A DNA stretch of 64,000 bases from an uncultured Chloroflexia bacterium (GTDB taxonomy: Bacteria > Chloroflexota > Chloroflexia > QHBQ01 > JADMIH01). Location of the stretch: NCBI GenBank assembly GCA_963797095.1, contig CAWCNY010000005.1, positions 672,001 through 736,000 on the forward strand. Reading direction: 5' to 3'. The notes below the pieces were generated by a model. The model ran no database searches, was not told the DNA's origin, and saw nothing but the letters and a program-made list of their open reading frames with translations. This document shows positions 29,679 to 40,750 of this stretch, one piece after another. Numbering within the stretch: position 1 is the stretch's first letter; every line of letters starts with the position of its first letter. The translations under genes were made by a program, and so were the position numbers.

Positions 29679-29744
29679 CTCAGTTGGCAGAGCACGCCCT
29701 TGGTAAGGGCGAGGTCATCAGTTCGAATCTGATCGTGGGCTCCA
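29669..29744 (+). tRNA. tRNA-Thr(GGT)
   Basis: GCCCACG/CGTGGGC stem, loop TTGGTAA, encoded CCA. Confidence 0.97.
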
Positions 29745-29840
29745 GAATCAAAGCCTGGACTCCAAGTTTATTGGCAATCACCATATCAAAAGCCTGGCGG
29801 AAGATAGCGTCGGGCTAATTCAGCAGGAGGAAACAATACA

Positions 29841-31043
<1,203 letters not shown>

Positions 31044-31050
31044 GATAATT

Positions 31051-31123
31051 AGTATCGAGTACTGAGTACCGAGTACCGAGTGCTTTTGACGCTTGGTCCT
31101 CGGTACTCAGCACCTGGTACTCG
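31051..31123. repeat. Inverted heptamer repeat (GAGTACY)n...(GGTACTC)n
   Basis: Fills most of the tuf-rpmG spacer. Confidence 0.88.
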
Positions 31124-31133
31124 GAGTAATTCA

Positions 31134-31298
31134 ATGGCAAAGAAAGCAGACCGCATCATCATCTACCTGGCCTGCACCGAGTGCAAGGAGCGAAATTATA
31201 CAAGCTCCAAGAACAAGCGCAACGACCCTAACAGGTTGGAGTTGCAGAAGTTCTGTCCTCGCTGCCGCCAGCATAGATTGCATCGCGAGACGAAGTAA
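31134..31298 (+). CDS. rpmG: 50S ribosomal protein L33 (Zn-binding type)
   Basis: [11 protein letters not shown]...[14 protein letters not shown]. Confidence 0.98.
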   Translation: MAKKADRIIIYLACTECKERNYTSSKNKRNDPNRLELQKFCPRCRQHRLHRETK

Positions 31299-31353
31299 TC
31301 GCGAGTGACGAGTAGGGCCGGCCCCGCGTGGGTGGCTTGAAATAGGCATTATT

Positions 31354-31391
31354 GAAGCACAGGGATATAGACTTCCTGTGCTTCTTCATTT
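31354..31391 (+). terminator. Probable terminator after rpmG
   Basis: GAAGCACAGG...CCTGTGCTTC plus TTCATTT. Confidence 0.65.
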
Positions 31392-31517
31392 AACTGTGGG
31401 CGTGTGTCAGTGCTATAATGTATGCCGCAGGTATTGGGATTGCGGTTGCGCCGCAGATGGTCGTAGTTGCAGGCTGTCTGGTCAACAGACAGCATTGCGT
31501 GGAAGGACTTCTTTGTC

Positions 31518-32630
31518 ATGAGTGGTACCCCTGCTGCTATTGAATCCAGCAGGCTCGGGGGTGAGCTTATTGCGCGTCCCTACGAAGTTAGTTGGATCGA
31601 CCGTTTTACTGACTCGATAGAGCGGTTGCCAGGCTCACGCTGGCTCTATTACCTCATCATCTGGCTGGTTCCGGTTGCTGCTATGGTACTGACCAAGTGG
31701 GCCGATGGCACGTACTCTCCCCCTTATGTGAGCCCATTTCATGTCGCACTTGCTTCGGGCGCAGCATATATCGCGGCCAATATCGCTTTTTTGGACCATG
31801 TGGCCGGCAAAGCCCTGGCTACTTTCCGGCCAACGTCCACTCTGACCGAGGACCAGTACGAAGCCTTTGAATACCGCCTTACCACGCTCCCGGCCCGGCC
31901 TACTCTCCTTTGGACACTCGTCCCCCTGGTTCTGATCGTGGTGGGTATGGGCAGCGCAATTCTGTTCGATGGTTCCTTATTCTCTGCTGAAGTAGAAGTA
32001 CTTGCTCTCTTCACGTCCCCTCTCAGCAGCGTGATAGATGGAGTGCTCTTTTTTGCCTGGATCCCATTATTAGGGGTCTGGTACTACCACACCTATCACC
32101 AGTTGAAAGTTGTTGACGAGCTTTACGTTGGATATACCAAGATCGACCTCTTCTATCTCAAGCCGCTCTATTCTTTCTCCAGGCTCACAGCATATACTGC
32201 CGTCAGTCTTCTCATCCCGACCTTCTGTGGTCCTGCCACCGTACCCAGTTACCTCGATGACCCTGTGTTCCTGGCAGACATCGCGGTGTTTGTAGGGGTC
32301 ACGATAATCGCAATCGCAATCTTCATCTGGCCGCTTCTCGGGATACACCGCCTGCTTGTCGAGGAGAAAGAGAAACTGCTGCTCTCTTCTGCCAAACGAA
32401 TACAATCTGCTATCTCCGAGTTCGACCGCCGTATTGATACAGGCGAGCTACAAGCTATGGATAAGATGAAAGCTACGCTGGACGGCCTGGTCACGAAGCA
32501 GAGTTTCATAGACCAGATTCCAACCTGGCCCTGGAGCACCGACACATCTCGCCTGGTCGCTACCGCAGTTGCGCTTCCTGTTTTCCTGTACGCCATCCAG
32601 CGCCTGATAGAGATCATCTTCCGCACTTGA
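31518..32630 (+). CDS. Hypothetical multi-pass membrane protein
   Basis: Several TM segments; C-terminal IPTWPW motif. Confidence 0.8.
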   Translation: MSGTPAAIESSRLGGELIARPYEVSWIDRFTDSIERLPGSRWLYYLIIWLVPVAAMVLTKWADGTYSPPYVSPFHVALASGAAYIAANIAFLDHVAGKALATFRPTSTLTEDQYEAFEYRLTTLPARPTLLWTLVPLVLIVVGMGSAILFDGSLFSAEVEVLALFTSPLSSVIDGVLFFAWIPLLGVWYYHTYHQLKVVDELYVGYTKIDLFYLKPLYSFSRLTAYTAVSLLIPTFCGPATVPSYLDDPVFLADIAVFVGVTIIAIAIFIWPLLGIHRLLVEEKEKLLLSSAKRIQSAISEFDRRIDTGELQAMDKMKATLDGLVTKQSFIDQIPTWPWSTDTSRLVATAVALPVFLYAIQRLIEIIFRT

Positions 32631-32745
32631 CAAACAGGCCGAGTAAGCAATTCGGCCTTGGCTATTGCTTTCGTAGTGGTCATTCACCACCAGCCCCATG
32701 CACCCCCTACCGAGAAGGAATAGCCCCTGTATGAGCGTGTTTTGC

Positions 32746-32775
32746 TTGACACTCGTCGCCGATCTCCCGTATAAT
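32746..32775 (+). promoter_or_regulatory. sigma70 promoter for tRNA-Trp-secE-nusG
   Basis: TTGACA-N18-TATAAT. Confidence 0.85.
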
Positions 32776-32825
32776 GATAGACGCACGACCTCTATGAGGG
32801 GGTTAGCAAAGAGTTACCTGGACAT

Positions 32826-32898
32826 ACGGGCGTGGCGCAATTGGCAGCGCAGGGATCTCCAAAGTCCAAGGTTGTAGGTTCGAGTCCTACCGCCCGTG
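32826..32898 (+). tRNA. tRNA-Trp(CCA); 3' CCA not encoded
   Basis: ACGGGCG/CGCCCGT stem, loop CTCCAAA, GGTTCGA; usual position before secE. Confidence 0.95.
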
Positions 32899-33012
32899 CT
32901 ACTTTCCAACTGCTAATTACGCATTTTGAACTATGAACCATGAGTTGGCACGTGCTGTGCTCATGTTTGAAGTCAGAGTCATATTTCGTTTGAGAAGGCA
33001 AAGGGAAACAAG

Positions 33013-33297
33013 ATGGCAATGCTAGGCCGCAAAGAACCGGCGACACAACAAACACAAGCGCCAGCGCCGCGCAAGGATAGCCGCACGGCGGCCAGCGCTA
33101 ATGAGAAGCCAGGACGGTTGGCGAAGCTGCAAGAGCAGCTACGCAATATCCGCTCGGAGCTTCAAAAGGTGACGTGGCCTACGCGGGATGAGACGCGCAA
33201 TCTTACGGTTGTGGTGCTCGGCCTGACGGGGGCCGTGGGAATAAGCCTCTACTTTCTGGATACATTATTGAGCTGGCTATACAGGCTGGCACGCTAA
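33013..33297 (+). CDS. secE: Preprotein translocase SecE
   Basis: SELQKVTWPTRDE plus one TM segment. Confidence 0.97.
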   Translation: MAMLGRKEPATQQTQAPAPRKDSRTAASANEKPGRLAKLQEQLRNIRSELQKVTWPTRDETRNLTVVVLGLTGAVGISLYFLDTLLSWLYRLAR

Positions 33298-33299
33298 AG

Positions 33300-33896
33300 A
33301 TGCCAGGACAAACTGACATGATGGATACAGCTAACAACGCTGACAACACCAATATGGACGGGTCGGACGGGCGGTTGTGGTACATAATCCACACCTACTC
33401 CGGCTATGAGAACAAGGTCAAGAAGAACCTTGAGCACCGCATCCTGACCCTCGATATGAGCGAGCGGATCTTCCGAGTGGAAGTGCCGACCGTGGAAGAG
33501 ATCGAGATCAAGGGCGGGCAAAGACATACTGTGCCGCGCAAGATCTTCCCCGGCTACGTGCTGGTGGAGATGATCATGGACGAGAGGTCGTGGCACGTGG
33601 TGCGGAATACGCCGGGCGTGACCGGGTTCGTTGGCATAGGGAACAAGCCGACACCCCTGCCCAAGGAGGAGGCCGACACCATCCTGAAGCAGATGCAGAC
33701 GGCAGCCCCTACCAAGTTCAAGGTAACGCTCCAGCCCGGAATGGCTGTCAAGATCATCGATGGCCCGTTCGAGGGCTTCGAGGGGATCGTGGAGAGCGTG
33801 AACCAGGAAAAGGGCAAGGTGAGGGTCCGCGTATCGTTCTTCGGGCGTGAGACGCCGGTTGAGCTTGATTTCTTGCAGGTTGAAAGGCTCGTTTAG
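33300..33896 (+). CDS. nusG: Transcription termination/antitermination factor NusG
   Basis: WYIIHTYSGYENKV, FPGYVLV, KOW motif, FGRETPVEL. Confidence 0.99.
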   Translation: MPGQTDMMDTANNADNTNMDGSDGRLWYIIHTYSGYENKVKKNLEHRILTLDMSERIFRVEVPTVEEIEIKGGQRHTVPRKIFPGYVLVEMIMDERSWHVVRNTPGVTGFVGIGNKPTPLPKEEADTILKQMQTAAPTKFKVTLQPGMAVKIIDGPFEGFEGIVESVNQEKGKVRVRVSFFGRETPVELDFLQVERLV

Positions 33897-33978
33897 CCTC
33901 TACCAGCAGACAAATGAAGATTTCCATGAGCACTTGAGTCGTTTTCGATAACAGGTGCTCTTTTTGTTGAGGGAAGCA

Positions 33979-35058
33979 ATGAGTGGTTCGGAACAGGTCC
34001 TATATGCAGGCAGCAACGCTTCGGCGAAACAGCCGGGCATCTTTGAATTCAGTTTCGATAGCACAACAGGGGAATTGAGAGAACGAAGCTCAATAGCGGG
34101 CATTGAGAATCCGTCATATCTTGTGCTGCACCCGAAGGGGCCATGGATGTACGCCGTGAGTGAAACAGATAGCGCAAACGGAATGGCAGGGTCAGTGTGG
34201 GCGTTCAATATCAGCGAGCAACATTCGCAGATGGGACCGGTAAATAAGCAGCCGAGTGGGGGCGATTCCCCCTGCCACCTGGCGATTGACGGCACAGGGC
34301 GATGGCTTGTGGTGTCGAATTATGGGAGTGGAAGCGTGGGTGTGCTCCAGATTCTGTCTGATGGGTCGCTGGGGAAGACGAGCGATTTTGCGCAGCACCA
34401 GGGCAGCGGCCCAAACCCGGAAAGGCAGGAGGGGCCGCACGCGCACTCGGCGATCTTCAGCCCGGATAACCGGTTCCTGATCGTGGCCGACCTGGGTATC
34501 GATGCGCTGATGGTCTACAGGTTCGACGCGGAAAGCGGCAAGATAAGCCCGCACGAGCAGGCCAGGACGCGGCCAGGGGTGGGGCCGCGCCATATGGCAT
34601 GGCACCCTGAAAAGCCATTGCTCTATGTAGCCAACGAACTCGAAAGCTCGATAGCAGTTTATGAGTATGAGCGGGCAGAAGGCCACCTTCGTGAGGTGCA
34701 GGTGGCCTCGACGTTACCTGATGGAGCGCCCGAAAACCTGGTCGCGGATATCCATGTCGATCCGGCGGGGAATCGTGTATATGTGTCGAACAGGGGACAC
34801 AACAGCATTGCTGTGTTTGACATTCAGGCGGATGGGACGCTGAACCGGATCGCTATCTCGCCGTGCGGCGGCAACTGGCCGCGCGCATTCGCGCTCGCGC
34901 CGGGAGGGCGTTTTATGGTGGCAGCCAACGAGCGCAGCGGGCAGGTAGCGGTGCTTCCTATTCAGGCCGAAACCGGGGCGATTGGCGCAGCGGTAGCGGT
35001 GGTCAACGTGCCGCAAGCATCGATTGTGCAGTTTCGTGAGGTGGTAAACCGCGAATAA
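33979..35058 (+). CDS. Lactonase family protein (6-phosphogluconolactonase Pgl-like)
   Basis: NPSYL, RQEGPHAH, ADLGID, GPRH, SNRGHNSI. Confidence 0.92.
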   Translation: MSGSEQVLYAGSNASAKQPGIFEFSFDSTTGELRERSSIAGIENPSYLVLHPKGPWMYAVSETDSANGMAGSVWAFNISEQHSQMGPVNKQPSGGDSPCHLAIDGTGRWLVVSNYGSGSVGVLQILSDGSLGKTSDFAQHQGSGPNPERQEGPHAHSAIFSPDNRFLIVADLGIDALMVYRFDAESGKISPHEQARTRPGVGPRHMAWHPEKPLLYVANELESSIAVYEYERAEGHLREVQVASTLPDGAPENLVADIHVDPAGNRVYVSNRGHNSIAVFDIQADGTLNRIAISPCGGNWPRAFALAPGGRFMVAANERSGQVAVLPIQAETGAIGAAVAVVNVPQASIVQFREVVNRE

Positions 35059-35061
35059 TAG

Positions 35062-35222
35062 TGGTATAATAGCGTGTTGCCATCGAGCAACGCACAATTA
35101 AAGAAGCGAGGGAGGGGTTCTCTGGAAGAATCCCGCCAACTACCTCAAACTCCATGAGTGGGAACGGCTGCTTTGATGCAGCTGACTGGGTTTGAGGATG
35201 AGTCCTCAAGCCTTTTTTGTTT
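35062..35222 (+). promoter_or_regulatory. rplK leader: extended -10, L1-binding-type hairpin and terminator-like hairpin
   Basis: TGGTATAAT at 35062-35070; GAGGGAG-GGGTTCT..GAATCCC-GCCAAC-TACCTC at 35108-35146; GGTTTGAGGA..TCCTCAAGCC-TTTTTT at 35189-35222. Confidence 0.65.
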
Positions 35223-35244
35223 GGGAAAGCAAAAGGAGAAAGCT

Positions 35245-35670
35245 TTGGCTAAGAAAGTACGCGCAATAGTGAAAATACAGATCAATGCCGGTAAAGCCAC
35301 GCCTGCGCCCCCGGTTGGCCCGGCGCTCGGCTCGCACGGTATCAATATCATGCAGTTCGTGAAGGAGTACAACGAAAAGACCGCCGATATGGCCGGTATG
35401 GTGATCCCGGCGGAGATCACCATCTTCGAGGATCGCTCGTTTACCTTCATCACGAAGACGCCCCCCGCCGCCGACCTGCTCAAGAGGGCAGCGGGAGTGC
35501 CAGCAGGTTCGGGCACGCCAAATAAGAGCAAGGTAGGCAGCGTGAGCAGGGACCAGGTGCGCGATATCGCCCGCACCAAGATGAAGGACCTGAACGCCTA
35601 CGACGAAGACGCGGCTATCAAGATGATCGAAGGCACTGCCCGCAGCATGGGCATTGAGGTTAGAGGGTAA
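35245..35670 (+). CDS. rplK: 50S ribosomal protein L11
   Basis: [28 protein letters not shown]; TTG start. Confidence 0.99.
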   Translation: MAKKVRAIVKIQINAGKATPAPPVGPALGSHGINIMQFVKEYNEKTADMAGMVIPAEITIFEDRSFTFITKTPPAADLLKRAAGVPAGSGTPNKSKVGSVSRDQVRDIARTKMKDLNAYDEDAAIKMIEGTARSMGIEVRG

Positions 35671-35684
35671 AGGAGGAAAAGAAG

Positions 35685-36419
35685 ATGCCCAAGCATGGGA
35701 AGAAATATAACGCAGCGGTTGCGCTGGTGGACGACGATTCGAATTACAGGCCAAATGAGGCCGTTGATCTGTTGAAGAAGACATCTTATGTGACCTTCGA
35801 TCCTACGATTGAAGTGCATATGAAGCTGGGGATCGACCCGCGCCACGCTGACCAGCAGGTGCGCGCTATGGCGAGTTTGCCGAATGGGACGGGCAAGGCT
35901 GTGCGCGTGCTGGTGTTCGCCGAGGGCGAAGGAGAGAGGATCGCGCTGGAGGCTGGGGCCGATTACGCTGGTAGCGACGAGTTGATCAACCGCATCAACA
36001 GCGGGTGGGTCGATTTCGATGTGGCTATCGCAGTGGCCGACCAGATGGGCAAGATCGGCAAGGCCGGTCTTGGTAAGGTGCTTGGGCGCAGGGGCCTCAT
36101 GCCGAACCCCAAGAGCGGCACGATCGTGGCTAACCCGGCGGATTTGCCTCGCGTGATCCAAGAATCAAAGGGCGGCAGGGTGGAGTTCCGCAACGACAAG
36201 ACTGGGCTGCTGCATGTCGGCATCGGTAAGCTGTCGTTCAGTGAGGGCCAGATCATGGAGAACCTGCTGTCATTCATCGACGCTGTTGTGAGGGCCAAGC
36301 CAACGGGCGCTAAAGGCACCTATGTGAAGTCGATCACCCTCACAAGCACGATGGGCCCCGGCATCCACATGGACGTGACGCAGACACTGGCCGAGGCGTC
36401 GGGAGCGCAGAAGGAATAG
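35685..36419 (+). CDS. rplA: 50S ribosomal protein L1
   Basis: LGIDPRHADQQVR, GLMPNPKSGT, STMGPG. Confidence 0.99.
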   Translation: MPKHGKKYNAAVALVDDDSNYRPNEAVDLLKKTSYVTFDPTIEVHMKLGIDPRHADQQVRAMASLPNGTGKAVRVLVFAEGEGERIALEAGADYAGSDELINRINSGWVDFDVAIAVADQMGKIGKAGLGKVLGRRGLMPNPKSGTIVANPADLPRVIQESKGGRVEFRNDKTGLLHVGIGKLSFSEGQIMENLLSFIDAVVRAKPTGAKGTYVKSITLTSTMGPGIHMDVTQTLAEASGAQKE

Positions 36420-36604
36420 GCTGTACGCGGCGTAGTGCATACTTCGTACTGCGTACTCCTTGTCTTGAGTGCGGGTTATTGGTTGTTGTTTAGCGCGTAG
36501 CGCATATTGTATAATGCGGATAGACGGCCTGACAGGTGTATGTTAGGCCGTTTATTCTATGATGGCACGAGCCTGGATAATGACCGGCTGCGAGGGTACG
36601 TGTC

Positions 36605-38134
36605 ATGACGGCAGGCGCTAAAGCCGAAGTCGAAAACCCAGAGAGTTATGCTAGCCGGGTCCCTAGTGGCCTGAGGTCTTTACTTGTCCCCTCCAGGCTT
36701 ATTTGGCTGGCGCTACTAGGCGGGGGGTTGCTACGGTTCTATAGATTCGATGCCCTGAGCCTGTGGGTAGACGAAGGTTGGGTCGTAGGGATTACGAGAC
36801 AGCCGTGGGACGTGGTGCTTGGGCTACACGGGGCTTACGATAACCATCCACCGCTCTATTTCGCGCTCGCGAAGTTGATGGGGCTTATCGCGCCGGAGGT
36901 GACGGCGGGGCGGCTGGTGAGTGTGGTGGCGGGTACGCTTACTTTGCCGGTAATGTATGGGCTTGCCCGCAGGATGATCGGCGAGTGGGGCGGGCTGCTG
37001 GCTACGCTGGTAGTGGCGCTGTCGCCGCTGCACATCTGGTACTCGCAGGAGGCACGTCCATACGCCCTGACCGTACTGGCGGTAAGCGCTACATACCTTG
37101 CGGTGGCGGGCTTCCGCGAATCGCGCGGTTGGGGGTGGGCCTGGTTGTATGGGGCTGCGATAGCGGTCGGACTGTATTCCAGTTACAGCGCGATATATGC
37201 GCTTGTGCCGCAGGGGGCGCTGCTAATTTACCTGTCGGTAGTATATGGCAAGCAGGTGTGGCGGTTATGGCTGGCGGGGGTTGCAGGAGTGATAGCATTC
37301 TTGCCCTGGGTGCCGCAGTTGGTCGGCACTTTGGGCAACCTGGGAGATCGGAGCTATCTGGAAGTAAGCCCCGACAGGATTGGAAACACCCTGCTATCGA
37401 TCACGGGGATTGGAGGTGAGGGGAGTTATTTCTGGGGGAGGTCTCCCACGGCATGGGACCGCTGGCCTGAGTTGCAGGTCATCATGGTTGTGGGACTGGT
37501 AGTGGTGTGTGTGGCGGGGCTTGCGGCGCTGTGGAAGCGCGGGTTATTTAGCTTGCTGTGCGGGATATGTCTCTTTGCGGGGACTGTAGTTGTGTGTGCC
37601 GGTTTGAGCATAGCCAGCCCAGGTTATGCAGAGCGCACACTGGTCAGCGCGACACTGGGGTGGGCGTTGATAGTGGGAGCCATCCCATTTGCGACGGTGG
37701 CACGTGGAGCGCGTGGATTGAAGTGGGCAGGCATTTCGGCGCTGGTAGTGGCGATGTTTCTCTCGCTGGCGTCGCTGTGGGCTATTTACAGAGGGGGCGA
37801 TAAGCAGCACTGGCGCGAGTTTGCAAATGATGCCAGAGAGGTGGGGAAATCGGGAGAATTGGAGATACTGTATCCCGACATTACAGGCGTGCTGTTCGAT
37901 GTATATGAGCCGCACGCGTTCGACCAGGCTATGGTGATCTCCGACCTGGGAAGCCTGCCTGATAGCGTGCGGCCTGAGGCGGGGGCCGGATCGCTATGGC
38001 TGGCTTATGTTGAAACGGCAGGGATTGAGAACATACAGGAGCAATTGGCAGAGCGCGGCTATACGCGGGTGGAACACAAGTATTACTGGAACCCCATGTG
38101 GTTGGACCATTACGAGGGTGTTGGCGGCCAATAA
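36605..38134 (+). CDS. GT-C membrane glycosyltransferase (PMT/ArnT-like)
   Basis: SLWVDE, DNHPPLYF, YSQEARPYAL; multiple TM segments. Confidence 0.9.
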   Translation: MTAGAKAEVENPESYASRVPSGLRSLLVPSRLIWLALLGGGLLRFYRFDALSLWVDEGWVVGITRQPWDVVLGLHGAYDNHPPLYFALAKLMGLIAPEVTAGRLVSVVAGTLTLPVMYGLARRMIGEWGGLLATLVVALSPLHIWYSQEARPYALTVLAVSATYLAVAGFRESRGWGWAWLYGAAIAVGLYSSYSAIYALVPQGALLIYLSVVYGKQVWRLWLAGVAGVIAFLPWVPQLVGTLGNLGDRSYLEVSPDRIGNTLLSITGIGGEGSYFWGRSPTAWDRWPELQVIMVVGLVVVCVAGLAALWKRGLFSLLCGICLFAGTVVVCAGLSIASPGYAERTLVSATLGWALIVGAIPFATVARGARGLKWAGISALVVAMFLSLASLWAIYRGGDKQHWREFANDAREVGKSGELEILYPDITGVLFDVYEPHAFDQAMVISDLGSLPDSVRPEAGAGSLWLAYVETAGIENIQEQLAERGYTRVEHKYYWNPMWLDHYEGVGGQ

Positions 38135-38344
38135 GAGGGCAGCAGCGGGCACCAAAAGTGTCATCCACACACAGTACCTATTGGTATGGATCGATCACTC
38201 ACCTGGTGGGTGCCGGTGTGGTATCATAATCAGCAGGCAGGGGCGATGTCTCGACCTGCATAAAACCTATTGGACTTCCGTTCGTATATAGGTGAGGGAA
38301 ACCGCGAGAGTAGAGCGCATGATAGGAATGGGAACACAAGGGGC

Positions 38345-39250
38345 ATGATGAGGGCCGCCCGGGAAACAACGGTAAGCACGACCGCCACGCGCACGCGAGG
38401 GCGGTATTGCAATATGTGCGGCACAAGGCTTGCGCGCGGAAGCGGGCTTGCGCTCTTCCCGAGCAGGCACAGCATCGAATGGCACGATTCGAGCGACGAT
38501 GCCAACGACGCGGGTCGAGCAACCACCTGGTCCTTATGTGAGGAATGTTACGCCGACAGATTGAAATGTGCTTCATGCGGCTTGCAGGTGGGCACGCAGG
38601 CTTTCATGCTCGAGGGCGAGACAAGGATCTATTGCAAGCATTGTTTCGAGGAAAGGCCGAGGTGTGATACCTGCGGCGCGCCCGTAGGTGCACATTACTG
38701 GAACCGCACCGATGGCAGGAAGCTATGTGACAGGTGCCAATCGACGGTCGTCTCGGATAAGAAGCAGGCCGAAGGGCTGTATGACGGCGTGCGCACTGCG
38801 CTTATGCGCATGCTGGGGGTGACCCTGAAGAAGCCGTGCGGGTTGCAGCTTGTGAGCCGCAGCCAGTTGTTGGGGCTGATCGCGAAGTCTTCGCTTTACA
38901 GCCTGGACGCTGAGAGCAAAGACAGATGCTTCGGTCTGTTCATCAGGGAAGGCAGGCACAGGGCGATTTTTGTGGAGTATGCGCTGCCCCAGATCGTGTT
39001 GCTAGAAGTGATGGCACATGAGTACGCCCACGCCTGGCAGAATGAGCAGTGCCAGCACGAGCTTGATCCTGAGATGCAGGAAGGGTTCGCCGAGTGGATT
39101 ACCTATAAGCTGCTCCAGGGGTGGAACTGCAAGAAACGCATGGAGCGAATGCTGAGGCGCGATGATATTTACGGTCGTGGCTTGAAAAAAATGCTACAAT
39201 GGGAGGCCGAAGGGGGTATAGCCAAAGTATTCAGGCAAGTGCAGGGATAA
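38345..39250 (+). CDS. DA1-like zinc metallopeptidase with N-terminal LIM-like Zn fingers
   Basis: Six CxxC pairs; MAHEYAHAW; QEGFAEW; DIYGRG; start uncertain (38270 or 38345). Confidence 0.82.
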   Translation: MMRAARETTVSTTATRTRGRYCNMCGTRLARGSGLALFPSRHSIEWHDSSDDANDAGRATTWSLCEECYADRLKCASCGLQVGTQAFMLEGETRIYCKHCFEERPRCDTCGAPVGAHYWNRTDGRKLCDRCQSTVVSDKKQAEGLYDGVRTALMRMLGVTLKKPCGLQLVSRSQLLGLIAKSSLYSLDAESKDRCFGLFIREGRHRAIFVEYALPQIVLLEVMAHEYAHAWQNEQCQHELDPEMQEGFAEWITYKLLQGWNCKKRMERMLRRDDIYGRGLKKMLQWEAEGGIAKVFRQVQG

Positions 39251-39273
39251 GTTCCAGGTTCGGAGGACGGAGC

Positions 39274-40656
39274 ATGACTGATGAAATAGCGCTCAATTGC
39301 TTGCTGAACATGCGCACCGTGCCCGCAGCGAGTGAGCCGCGATTGCTTTATCTGCTGATCGATGTAAAGCCGGGCGCGGGGGCCGCGCCTTTACAAGCGC
39401 CTATGAATATCGCCGTGGTGATCGACGTAAGCGAGTCGATGCGCCTCCCCGTGCTGTCACAAGAGCAGTTCGAGGAGTTATCGCGGTTGGGGCATGTGAA
39501 CCAGACCACATCTGACGGGGTGCCCGTGTGGACCTTCAAGAGCATTCCTGAGCATATTCGGAAGCGAGCGCCATCTAACCTTGAGGCTGTGCAGGCGTCT
39601 ATCTCGCAGGCAGCCCAGCATTTTGAGGGCGGCGACCGGGTATCGCTGGTGGCCTTTGCCGACCAGCCGCAGGTGCTATTGAGCGGGCTGGCTGGAAGCG
39701 AGCTCGGGCAGGTGTTGGATGCTGTGCAATCGTTAGAGCAGGTGAAACTGGGCGATGGCACGGATATAGCTAAGGGGTTAGAAGCGGGGCTGACCGAGGT
39801 GCACAAAGGCATGGGCAACAAGGCCAATTTCGTAAACAGGGTGCTGGTGCTAACGGACGGCTTTACGCAGGACCCCGTCAAGGCCACCGCAAGAGCGAAG
39901 CAGGGGCGGAATGTGGGGATAGCGGTCAGCACGATAGGTATTGGTACGGAGTTCAACGAGAAGTTGCTGCTCGATATGGCAGATATCAGCCTGGGGAACG
40001 CCTATTTCGCACGCACACCAGCCGAGATACCGCCCGCCTTCGGGCAGGAGTTGGCGGCTGTACAGTCGGTAATCTTGAGAGATATAGAGGTGGAGATGAA
40101 GTTCAGCACGGGGGTGGAAGTAAGGAGGGCCTACAGGGTGCGCCCGGCCATCGCCACCGTGCGAGACGCCCGGCGCGAAGGGCGCGCATTGGGCGTGACG
40201 ATGGGCGACCTGGACCCTGCGAACCCGCCCGCCTTGCTGGTGGAGTGCATCATCCCCACCCATGCAGGGGGCACGTTCAGGATCACTAGGGTAACCGCCA
40301 CGTACAAGAACGAACATGGCGAGCGAGTGCCGGGGGCAACCTCGGACGTGGTGGTTAACTATTCCACCAGCAAGCGCAAGGACGAACCCGATCCGATGGT
40401 GATGAACACGGTAGAGAGGGTAACGGCATACGCACTGCAAACGCGGGCGCTGGACGACCTGGCGACCGGGAACGTGGCAGCAGCCACCCAGAAGTTGCGT
40501 GCGGCAGTTACAAGGCTGCTGACGGTAGGAGAAACAGCACTAGCGGACGCTGTGCAAGCAGAGGCCGCGCGGTTGGCCCGAAGTGGGGAAGTGTCGCCGG
40601 AGAGCCAGAAGGAATTGCGCTATGCGACGCGCAGGCTTACGCAGAAGTTGGAGTAG
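39274..40656 (+). CDS. vWA domain protein
   Basis: MIDAS DVSESM, GTDIAKGL, VLTDG. Confidence 0.92.
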   Translation: MTDEIALNCLLNMRTVPAASEPRLLYLLIDVKPGAGAAPLQAPMNIAVVIDVSESMRLPVLSQEQFEELSRLGHVNQTTSDGVPVWTFKSIPEHIRKRAPSNLEAVQASISQAAQHFEGGDRVSLVAFADQPQVLLSGLAGSELGQVLDAVQSLEQVKLGDGTDIAKGLEAGLTEVHKGMGNKANFVNRVLVLTDGFTQDPVKATARAKQGRNVGIAVSTIGIGTEFNEKLLLDMADISLGNAYFARTPAEIPPAFGQELAAVQSVILRDIEVEMKFSTGVEVRRAYRVRPAIATVRDARREGRALGVTMGDLDPANPPALLVECIIPTHAGGTFRITRVTATYKNEHGERVPGATSDVVVNYSTSKRKDEPDPMVMNTVERVTAYALQTRALDDLATGNVAAATQKLRAAVTRLLTVGETALADAVQAEAARLARSGEVSPESQKELRYATRRLTQKLE

Positions 40657-40750
40657 CTGGTAGACGGGGTGTAAGTTCCTGGTTCCGACTACCGGCTTCC
40701 AGTGCCTCAATCGAAACAAAGGTTGTTAGCCAGACGTATAACATACTGAG

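Noticed and set aside
24847-29744. Prophage or integrative island at the tRNA genes
   Set aside because: No integrase, phage structural genes or duplicated tRNA 3' end found
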